Positions 24,947-32,000 of a stretch of 32,000 nt of DNA are shown here, one piece after another. The notes beneath the pieces were generated by a model that had not been told where the DNA came from, ran no database searches, and saw only the letters and a list, made by a program, of their open reading frames with translations. The DNA comes from an uncultured Opitutales bacterium (GTDB lineage Bacteria; Verrucomicrobiota; Verrucomicrobiia; Opitutales; Intestinicryptomonadaceae): the NCBI GenBank assembly GCA_934660865.1, contig CAKUIA010000015.1, forward strand, positions 31,872 to 63,871, read 5' to 3'. Numbering within the stretch: position 1 is the stretch's first letter; every line of letters starts with the position of its first letter. The translations under genes were made by a program, and so were the position numbers.

Positions 24947-26437
24947 ATGAAGATAGCCCCCATAATGGATTTGCACGAGTCGGCCGATTTCGAAAAGGAA
25001 TATTTCGAAAACACCAATGCCGATTCGCTTTCGGTTATAAGGAAAGTAGGCAAAAAAATAGCAAAGGATTTTTTTAAGCAGACTAACTGCAAACCAAAGC
25101 GCATTGCTCTTTTGCTGGGCAAGGGCAACAACGCCGCCGACGCCGTGGCCTTCGCATTAAAGCTCTGCAAAAAATTCCCGAAATGCAAAGTCTGCATTTG
25201 CCTGTTTTTCGCCGAATCGAAGTTGGGAGTCAATTTGCGCACGCTGCTTTGCGAGCTTGAAAACGGCTTTTGCACCGAGCGAAAAAGCCTTTCGGAAATC
25301 TCCGAAAAACGCTACGACATTGTAGTAGAAGGCATTGCAGCCCTCCGCTTTAGCGGCGGGCTTTCCCCCGAATTTTGCGGGTATGTAAACGCCGCAAACG
25401 CTTTGCAAAGCAGCTATAAAATTGCCGTAGACATGCCTTTCGGCATAGGCGAAAAGCCAGCTTTAACCGCCTTTGCCGCCGACTATACATACGCAACGGG
25501 CATTGCAAAATCGCCCTTGTTTTGCGATTTCAACGCAAAATATGTCGGGCGCATAAGGTATGTAGACATAGGATTTTTCGACGATTTTAAAGGCAAAGCC
25601 CCAAAATACATCTACAACACAAGGCAAAGCTTGCGCTTTTTTAAGAAGTTGCGCAGTGCAGATACCGACAAGCGCAGCTACGGCTTTTTGACCATTGCGG
25701 GAGGCTCGCGCGAGTATAAGGGCGCCGTTTTGCTTAACGCAAAGGGCGCGCTAAAAAGCGGGGTAGGGCTTTTGCGCGTATGCGTGCCCGAGGGCTTGGA
25801 TATTGCATTTGCGGGCTTTGCCCCCTCGGCTATGTGGACGCCTTGCCCCGTTTGCGAAAACGGCTTTCTGGCGTTGGAGGGTTTAAAGGACATCGTAAAA
25901 TATGCGGGCAAATCTACTGCGCTTTTGTTGGGCTCGGGTGCGGGCAGAACATTGGAGACAAGAACTCTTTTTATTGAATTGATAAAAAGTTTTAACTGCC
26001 CGATTGTTTTGGACGCCGACGCAATTTGCCCCGAATGTTTGCAGGCATGCAAAGACGCAGGCAGGCGCGTTTTAATTTGCCCGCACAACGGCGAATTTTT
26101 GCGCCTGGCTAAAGACTGTTCCGACCAAAGCCTAATGCAGGTTGCAAAGCAATACAACGCAACCGTTATGCTTAAGGGGCGTTTTGTAAGGGTTTGCAAC
26201 GGCGAAAACATTGTCGTCAACACCGAGGGCACTCCCGCCCTTGCCAGGGCTTCTACGGGCGATATGCTAGCCGGCATTGCGGCGTCTTTGCTTGCAAACA
26301 AAGAATTTAACATTTCGCCGCCCGAGGCTGCGTTGGCGGCGTATTCCATATTGGGCAAAGCCGCAAACAAGGCCGCAAAAAAATGCGGCGAAAACGCGGT
26401 GGTTGCCTCGGAAATACTGCAATATATTAAAATATGA
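24947..26437 (+). CDS. nnr: bifunctional NAD(P)H-hydrate repair enzyme (YjeF_N epimerase + ADP-dependent dehydratase)
   Basis: 496 aa. The N-terminal domain reads LLLGKGNNAADA, a variant of GxGNNGGDG. The C-terminal domain has IAGGSREYKGAVLLNAKGALKSGVGL and GDMLAGIAASLLA. Confidence 0.85.
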   Translation: MKIAPIMDLHESADFEKEYFENTNADSLSVIRKVGKKIAKDFFKQTNCKPKRIALLLGKGNNAADAVAFALKLCKKFPKCKVCICLFFAESKLGVNLRTLLCELENGFCTERKSLSEISEKRYDIVVEGIAALRFSGGLSPEFCGYVNAANALQSSYKIAVDMPFGIGEKPALTAFAADYTYATGIAKSPLFCDFNAKYVGRIRYVDIGFFDDFKGKAPKYIYNTRQSLRFFKKLRSADTDKRSYGFLTIAGGSREYKGAVLLNAKGALKSGVGLLRVCVPEGLDIAFAGFAPSAMWTPCPVCENGFLALEGLKDIVKYAGKSTALLLGSGAGRTLETRTLFIELIKSFNCPIVLDADAICPECLQACKDAGRRVLICPHNGEFLRLAKDCSDQSLMQVAKQYNATVMLKGRFVRVCNGENIVVNTEGTPALARASTGDMLAGIAASLLANKEFNISPPEAALAAYSILGKAANKAAKKCGENAVVASEILQYIKI

Positions 26438-27570
26438 ACGATAGCGATTTTCAATATATGCGTTTGGCGGCCGTGCCGGAAGTGGGGGCGAAAATGGCTT
26501 CGAGGCTGCTCGAAAAATTCGGCTCGGTAGAAAACGTTTTTTCGGCGTCAAAAAGCGAGCTTATGCAGGTCGAAAGAATGCGCCAAAAGTGCGCCGACAG
26601 CATTTTGGCAAGCGCAAATATTATAGACAATGCCTATCTTGAAAGAATGGCGAAACTGAAAATCGAATATATAGGCTCCGAAAATGAAAAATATCCGCAG
26701 AGTTTGCGCCCGTTCGATTCCATGCCCGTTGGCCTTTACGTTAGGGGCAATGCCGACATATTGAATATGCCCTGCGTTGCCATTGTAGGCACCCGCTTTT
26801 GTTCGGTTTACGGGCAGATGTGCGCCAGGGCCTTTGCAAGGGATTTTGCCCGGGCCGGCTTTTGCGTTGTAAGCGGAATGGCGCGCGGCATAGATTCGTA
26901 TGCGCACATAGGGGCATTGGAGGCAAACGGCAAAACGGTTGCGGTTTTGGGCAACGGGGCCGATGTTGTATATCCGCCCGAAAACGCCAAACTGTACGAA
27001 GAAATTTCGAAACTGGGCGCGGTTGTTTCGGAATTTAAATTGGGCCAGCGCGCCGACAGGGCGTCTTTTCCCATGCGCAACAGGATAGTTGCGGGGCTGT
27101 CGCTTGCGGTTGTCGTAATAGAATCGGGGCTAAAGGGAGGCAGTATGATTACCGCCTCGATTGCCGCCGAGCAGGGCAAAGACGTTTTTGCAGTTCCGGG
27201 GCGCATAGACAGCGAAAGCTCGGCGGGCTGCCACGCGCTTATAAAAGACGGGGCGTTGCTTGCAACCTGCGCAAGAGACGTTATAGAGCAGCTTAGGTTT
27301 TGCGGCAGGGCAGACGCTCCCGAAAAGGTTTGCGCAACCCAAAGCGAATTGGATTTGCAAACGCCCAAAATTTCCAAGCTGGATTTGGGGGTGCTTGGCG
27401 GCGACGAAAAGTTTGTTTTTGAATTTTTTAGAAACGGGGCCAAATTTTCGGCCAACGAAATTTCGCTTAAATGCGATATGCCGCCCTCGAAAATTGCGGT
27501 GTGCCTTTCGATGCTGGAAATTAAAAAATTTGTAAAGCGCACGGCGGGCGACAAATACGAGCGAATGTAG
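26434..27570 (+). CDS. dprA: DNA processing protein DprA
   Basis: 378 aa. VAIVGTRFCSVYG, SGMARGIDSYAH, VLGNGADVVYPPEN and FPMRNRIVAGLS are diagnostic. It has an ATGA overlap with nnr. Confidence 0.9.
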   Translation: MNDSDFQYMRLAAVPEVGAKMASRLLEKFGSVENVFSASKSELMQVERMRQKCADSILASANIIDNAYLERMAKLKIEYIGSENEKYPQSLRPFDSMPVGLYVRGNADILNMPCVAIVGTRFCSVYGQMCARAFARDFARAGFCVVSGMARGIDSYAHIGALEANGKTVAVLGNGADVVYPPENAKLYEEISKLGAVVSEFKLGQRADRASFPMRNRIVAGLSLAVVVIESGLKGGSMITASIAAEQGKDVFAVPGRIDSESSAGCHALIKDGALLATCARDVIEQLRFCGRADAPEKVCATQSELDLQTPKISKLDLGVLGGDEKFVFEFFRNGAKFSANEISLKCDMPPSKIAVCLSMLEIKKFVKRTAGDKYERM

Positions 27571-27642
27571 CTTTTTATTTTGCGCATTTTGCGCACTCTT
27601 TTTGTTTGCAAAGGAATTTGCGTTATAGTAGTTTTTTTGCGA

Positions 27643-30582
27643 ATGAAAATGAGATTTATTAAATTTGCAATGTTGGCGGCAAGCGCAATGTTTGCGCTAT
27701 GTAAAACCGTTTCGGCCAAAGTAGCCGAAACCGAAAATGCCTTTGTTGTTTCTGGCGAAAACTATGCTGTTGATTTCTGCAAAACAAGCGGGGCAATAAC
27801 AAGAGTAGAAAGCCTCGGCAAAAATTTGGAGCTTGGCTTTGACGGCAATTTGTGGACGGCAAAGTTTGCCGACAAAAGCCAAATGGCCTCTAAAAACGCG
27901 AAGTTTGCGGGCAAAATAGAAAACGGCAGGCTTTGTCTAAACTACGAAAGCGAAGACATAGACGTTGTAATTTCCGTAAAAGACGGCAAAGATTTTTTGG
28001 AAATAGAAAGCAACTACACCCCAAAGAAGGCGGATTTGTTGGAGTTTTCGGTTCCATCTTGCTTTGCGTTTAAGCCCGAAAATTTGGTGTCGCTTTCGGC
28101 CGAGTTTAACTACCCGCGCAACTCGGGGCTGGTTTTCAACAAAAACTTTTTTATGCCCAAAAATATGTCCAGCCAAAACATATTTTGGGTGCGCGGTAAA
28201 AACTACGGCATGGGCGTTTACAAAAAAATATTCGGATCTTCGATGAAAAGCTACGAGCCGTTTAGGGAGCAAAGCCCCATAACTTTGGGCAAAGACGCCG
28301 CCGAATGGCTGGGCGAAAGGCTGTGCAAAGAGCTTGTAAAAACCGAGAAAATCCCCACAAGAACATTCGGCAAAAATTCGGCCGACATAGTTATTGCAAA
28401 CTCAAAAAACGGAGTGTTTATAGGCGGCAAAAAAATCGGCGAAGGAGCAATTTTCAGAATAGGCGGCTGGTTTTTAAAGGACGAGTCGCAGGTGGAATAT
28501 GTAAAGGCAATGGCGCTACATTCGGCAAAGCTGTTGTCTAAAACAAAGCGCAATAAAATTTGCGTTATAGACTGCAACACAAACCAGTGGGAAAACCCCA
28601 GGCCCTCCGAATATGTTGCGGCTTTCGGCAACGTGAAAAACTTTTGCGTTATAAGAAACGCAAACCAACTGCAGCAGGCTTTGGAGGCCGATGATGTTGC
28701 CGCGATAATAAACCCTCTGCAGGAATGTTGTTTGCCGTGGCCCGACGGCACGCTTATGGATTTGGTTGAGCCGCTAAGGGAGTTTGCCGAAAACGGCGGC
28801 TATTGGTTCGAAACGGGCGGCTTTAGCTTTATGCGCCAAATGGAGCCAAAAAAATACTTTTCGGTTAAAAACCGCGTTCCATCGGCGATAGCAGATTTCA
28901 TACACTTTAATATGCTGGGCAAAAACGTTGCGCTGTATTCGGTGCAGCCCATAACCTGGCAGCCATTTGAGGGCTTGAACGACAAGACAAAGATATTTAC
29001 GCCGTCTGAATTTTCGTTTGGCGGCAACGAAAACGGCGGCTATGTAGACAGGGCGTTTTTAGCCTATGTAAACAAGGGCGAAAGCTTTAAAGCCCCCAAT
29101 GTAAAAATCCTTTTCGGCAAGGGCGAAATAGAAAGCGCAAAAAGTTTTTGCCAAGACAACAAAGTCTTAAAAAAGCTTGAGCAGAAAATGCCGCAGAAGT
29201 TTTTTGGAAAGTTCAAAAAATCGGTTATGATGAAAGTGAACGATTCGAATACAAAAGACGCCATGCAGACTGTTGCCGCCCTGGATTTTCCGATGGTTGT
29301 GCACGTTTCGGGCTACCTTAGGGGAGGTTTCGACAAGCAGTATCCCGACCACTATCCGCCGAGGGCGTCGTACGGAACAAACGAAGAATATTTGGCGTTT
29401 ATAGAATTTTGCAAATCAAAGGGGCATTTATATATGCCATATACAAACAACACCTGGTGGTGCGATTCACCCAAGGGGCCCACTTTCGAGGCAAAGGGCA
29501 GAGCCGCTCTTTCGCTTGACGAAAACGGAAAGGAAATTTTCGAAAAATACGGCACGGCCGAAGGCTGGACAACCTGTATGTGGCAAAAAGACGTTAGAGA
29601 CGCCAACGACAAGCTGCTTAAAGAATCGCTGGTAGACTATAAAAGCGACATAGTTTTCCAGGACCAAAGCGGGGCAAGGGCGTTTAGATACGACTACAAC
29701 AAGGCGGCGCCCACGCCAAGCGCATATTCCGAGGGCTTTATTTCAACCGTAATGCGCGATTCGAAAAAGGCGTATTTGTCTACCGAAGACGGTTGGTGGG
29801 GCATTTGCGACGGCGAAATACAGTTTTGCGGAATGTCGTTTTCGTTTATGCAACAGGGCAAATGGTATAAGTGCATTTGGGATACTTTCCCCAAAGACAG
29901 CTTTACATTGGGCAACCTAACGGGCGCGTTTTTCCACGACAAAGTTTCGCTTACCCACCACGATTTGGGAACCGACGTAAATACGCCGCGCAAGCTTGTA
30001 TATACCGTCGCCTACGGCTATTCGATGGTAAACCAGCTGTATGTAAGGCAGCTTAATTTTGCGCACCTAATAGAGTGGAGGCGCTGGACGGCGCAAATTC
30101 AAATGTCGCTTTTGTCGAAACTAATAGGCGAACCAATGCAAAATTTTTCGCATAAATGGACAAATGCCGCGCTAGACGGCGACGATTCTGCAACCATATT
30201 CTCGCAATACGGCGACATAAAAATTGCCGCGGCCATCGGGAACACGACGCTTAAGATAGGCAACTACACTGTGGCAAACGACGGATTTTTCGCCAAAGGC
30301 AAAGACGTTGAATGCGCCTTTAACCTTGTTAAACTGGGCAATGTAAAAGCCGAAACGCCGTCTAGCTACATAATGGAAAAATGCGGCAAAGAGCTTAAAT
30401 TTTATTTCTTTGCAAAGCCTAACGAAAAGGTTTTGTTTGCCGTGCCCAAAAAGGCCGTTGCAGTAAAGCTGCAAGACGGCAGGGAACTGCCCATAGAAAG
30501 TTCGGGCAATGCGGGCGTTATAACCGCGCCGGAATCCGACGCAAACAGCCACACGCTCTTTAAGGGCAGCTTTATCTTTTAA
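27643..30582 (+). CDS. large secreted protein of unknown function, tandem paralog A
   Basis: I prefer the ATG at 27643 (MKMRFIKFAMLAASAMFALCKTVSA, a signal peptide) over the ORF-track start at 27580. I recognise no motif with confidence. The segment VVHVSGYLRGGFDKQYPDHYPP...IVFQDQSGAR is vaguely glycoside-hydrolase-like, which is only a guess. Confidence 0.7.
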   Translation: MKMRFIKFAMLAASAMFALCKTVSAKVAETENAFVVSGENYAVDFCKTSGAITRVESLGKNLELGFDGNLWTAKFADKSQMASKNAKFAGKIENGRLCLNYESEDIDVVISVKDGKDFLEIESNYTPKKADLLEFSVPSCFAFKPENLVSLSAEFNYPRNSGLVFNKNFFMPKNMSSQNIFWVRGKNYGMGVYKKIFGSSMKSYEPFREQSPITLGKDAAEWLGERLCKELVKTEKIPTRTFGKNSADIVIANSKNGVFIGGKKIGEGAIFRIGGWFLKDESQVEYVKAMALHSAKLLSKTKRNKICVIDCNTNQWENPRPSEYVAAFGNVKNFCVIRNANQLQQALEADDVAAIINPLQECCLPWPDGTLMDLVEPLREFAENGGYWFETGGFSFMRQMEPKKYFSVKNRVPSAIADFIHFNMLGKNVALYSVQPITWQPFEGLNDKTKIFTPSEFSFGGNENGGYVDRAFLAYVNKGESFKAPNVKILFGKGEIESAKSFCQDNKVLKKLEQKMPQKFFGKFKKSVMMKVNDSNTKDAMQTVAALDFPMVVHVSGYLRGGFDKQYPDHYPPRASYGTNEEYLAFIEFCKSKGHLYMPYTNNTWWCDSPKGPTFEAKGRAALSLDENGKEIFEKYGTAEGWTTCMWQKDVRDANDKLLKESLVDYKSDIVFQDQSGARAFRYDYNKAAPTPSAYSEGFISTVMRDSKKAYLSTEDGWWGICDGEIQFCGMSFSFMQQGKWYKCIWDTFPKDSFTLGNLTGAFFHDKVSLTHHDLGTDVNTPRKLVYTVAYGYSMVNQLYVRQLNFAHLIEWRRWTAQIQMSLLSKLIGEPMQNFSHKWTNAALDGDDSATIFSQYGDIKIAAAIGNTTLKIGNYTVANDGFFAKGKDVECAFNLVKLGNVKAETPSSYIMEKCGKELKFYFFAKPNEKVLFAVPKKAVAVKLQDGRELPIESSGNAGVITAPESDANSHTLFKGSFIF

Positions 30583-30599
30583 CAAACAAAATATGTAAA

Positions 30600-32000
30600 A
30601 TGAAATTTCGCGCGCTTTTATGGATTTCGTTTATTTTGCTTGTTCAAACGCTTTCGGCAAAAATATCCGAAACCGAAAATGCCTTTGTTGTTTCTGGCGA
30701 AAACTATGTTGTTGATTTCTGCAAAACAAGCGGGGCAATAACAAGAGTGGAAAGCCTCGGCAAAAATTTGGAGCTTGGCTTTGGCGGCAATTTGTGGACG
30801 GCAAAGTTTGCCGACAAAAGCCAAATGGCATCTAAAAACGCGAAGTTTGCGGGCAAAATAGAAAACGGCAGGCTTTGCCTAAACTACGAAAGCGAAGACA
30901 TAGACGTTGTAATTTCCGTAAAAGACGACAAAGATTTTTTGGAAATAGAAAGCAAATACACCCCAAAAAAGGCGAATTTGTTGGAATTTTCGGTTCCCTC
31001 TTGCTTTGCGTTTAAGCCCGAAAATTTGGTGTCGCTTTCGGCTCAGACAAACTACCCGCGCAATTCGGGCTTTGTTTTCAACAAAAACTTTTTTATGCCG
31101 AAAACGCCCGATTCTAAAAATCTGTTTTGGATTAAGGGCAAAAGCTTCGGGCAAAGGGTGTACAAGGAAATTTTCGAAAGCCCAATGCGCTTTTGCGAAA
31201 AAAAACCGGCCCCCATAACTTTGGGCGAAGACGCCACCGAATGGCTGGGCGAAAAACTTGGCAAAGAGCTTGTAAAAACCGATAAAATCCCTGCAAGACC
31301 ATTCGCCGAAGACTGCGCCGACATAGTAATTGCAGAGTCGAAAAACGGAGTGTTTATAGGCGGCAAAAAAATCGGCGAAGGAGCAATTTTCAGAATAGGC
31401 GGCTACTTTTTAAACGGCGAGCAGCAGGTAAAATACATAAGGGCAATGGTGCTGCATGCGGCAAAACAGTTGTCTAAAACAAAGCGCAACAAAATTTGCG
31501 TTATTGCGCCGAATACAAACCAAAACCCGGTTGTTGCCCCTTTAGAATATGCAGAAAGCTTCGGTAAAAACGCCAATATTTGCATTATAAGAACCCCAAA
31601 GGAATTGCAAAAAGCCCTTAGCGCCGACGATGTTGCGGTAATAATAAACCCCCTGCAGGACTATTGTTTGCCCATGCCCGGCGGTTCGTTTTTGGGGCTT
31701 GCAAAGTCCGTAAAAGAGTTTGCAAAAAACGGCGGCTATTGGTTTGAAACGGGCGGCGAAAGTTTTTCGCGCCAAATGGCTCCAAAAAAATATTATTCGG
31801 TTCGGGCCCGCGTTCCCTCGAGCATAGCAGATTTTATACACTTTAATATGCTGGGCAAAAACGTTGCGCTGTATTCGGTGCAGCCCATAACCTGGCAGCC
31901 CTTCGAGGGGTTATGCGACAGGGCAAAGATATTTACGCCGTCTGAATTTTCGTTTGGCGGCAACGAAAACGGCGGCTATGTAGACAGGGCGTTTTTAGCC
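30600..32000 (+). CDS. large secreted protein of unknown function, tandem paralog B (runs off the right edge)
   Basis: ATG at 30600, open for 467 codons to the window end. It is not in the ORF track because no stop lies in the window. My translation starts MKFRALLWISFILLVQTLSAKISETENAFVVSGENYVVDFCKTSGAITRVESLGKNLELGF and stays collinear with paralog A. Confidence 0.7.
   Translation, partial: MKFRALLWISFILLVQTLSAKISETENAFVVSGENYVVDFCKTSGAITRVESLGKNLELGFGGNLWTAKFADKSQMASKNAKFAGKIENGRLCLNYESEDIDVVISVKDDKDFLEIESKYTPKKANLLEFSVPSCFAFKPENLVSLSAQTNYPRNSGFVFNKNFFMPKTPDSKNLFWIKGKSFGQRVYKEIFESPMRFCEKKPAPITLGEDATEWLGEKLGKELVKTDKIPARPFAEDCADIVIAESKNGVFIGGKKIGEGAIFRIGGYFLNGEQQVKYIRAMVLHAAKQLSKTKRNKICVIAPNTNQNPVVAPLEYAESFGKNANICIIRTPKELQKALSADDVAVIINPLQDYCLPMPGGSFLGLAKSVKEFAKNGGYWFETGGESFSRQMAPKKYYSVRARVPSSIADFIHFNMLGKNVALYSVQPITWQPFEGLCDRAKIFTPSEFSFGGNENGGYVDRAFLA

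Noticed and set aside
25678-27719. 258-aa (25678-26454) and 303-aa (26808-27719) minus-strand ORFs
   Set aside because: They are antisense to nnr and dprA, both of which have unambiguous signatures. The antisense translations are Ala/Ser/Pro-rich with no motifs.
27643-32000. Diversity-generating retroelement (template/variable repeat) as the explanation for the mosaic paralogs
   Set aside because: The substitutions I read between the near-identical blocks are of mixed types (c/t, a/g, g/a, c/a, a/c), not concentrated at adenines. No reverse transcriptase gene is in the window.
1-32000. Scan for CRISPR arrays, tRNA/rRNA genes, IS elements or integrases
   Set aside because: I saw no regularly spaced short repeats, no tRNA-like GTTCGAATC/T-loop contexts in the intergenic regions (3935-4109, 5236-5444, 13331-13535, 15150-15273, 19078-19306, 20733-20970), and no transposase- or integrase-like ORFs. 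This was a by-eye scan only, so small ncRNAs cannot be excluded.

Overview
All calls come from reading the supplied ORF translations and the nucleotide sequence by eye. No database search, HMM or alignment was run.

The window looks like bacterial chromosome with about 30 genes. I saw no rRNA, tRNA, CRISPR array, transposase or integrase.

Housekeeping blocks:
- coaB plus a NYN/YacP-like gene (4.1-5.2 kb).
- A minus-strand LysM, Nudix and DUF721/DciA-like group (13.5-15.1 kb).
- An iorA-iorB-paaK-ACT arylpyruvate/arylacetate cluster (15.3-19.1 kb).
- A tightly packed trkA-trkH-pdxJ-acpS-nnr-dprA run (21.0-27.6 kb).
- A 1067-aa secreted TPR protein followed by a second secreted protein at the left edge.

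Three accessory regions stand out:
1. A minus-strand operon (13330 down to 5445). It starts with a 1234-aa Rhs/YD-repeat polymorphic toxin whose 145-aa C-terminal cargo I cannot classify. A membrane-anchored putative immunity gene follows. Next come a chimeric esterase pseudogene, an AT-rich 123-aa orphan ORF, two intact secreted alpha/beta-hydrolases and an O-antigen-ligase-like membrane protein. G+C drops sharply across the toxin tip and immunity segment. No T6SS, PAAR or VgrG gene is nearby.
2. A single class-II-type Fic gene bracketed by 48-nt direct repeats (46/48 identical, about 57-60 nt with looser flanks). Each repeat carries CTCCGCA / TGCGGAG / CTCCGCA alternating 7-mers.
3. Two tandem genes for roughly 1000-aa secreted proteins of unknown function. 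Their bodies include 65-nt and 77-nt perfectly identical runs, but their signal peptides are unrelated.

I also found an unlisted 52-aa small basic protein gene with its own terminator at 20574-20732 on the minus strand. The most promising candidate for something undescribed is the Rhs, immunity, esterase and ligase-like operon, followed by the Fic cassette and the tandem giant paralogs.
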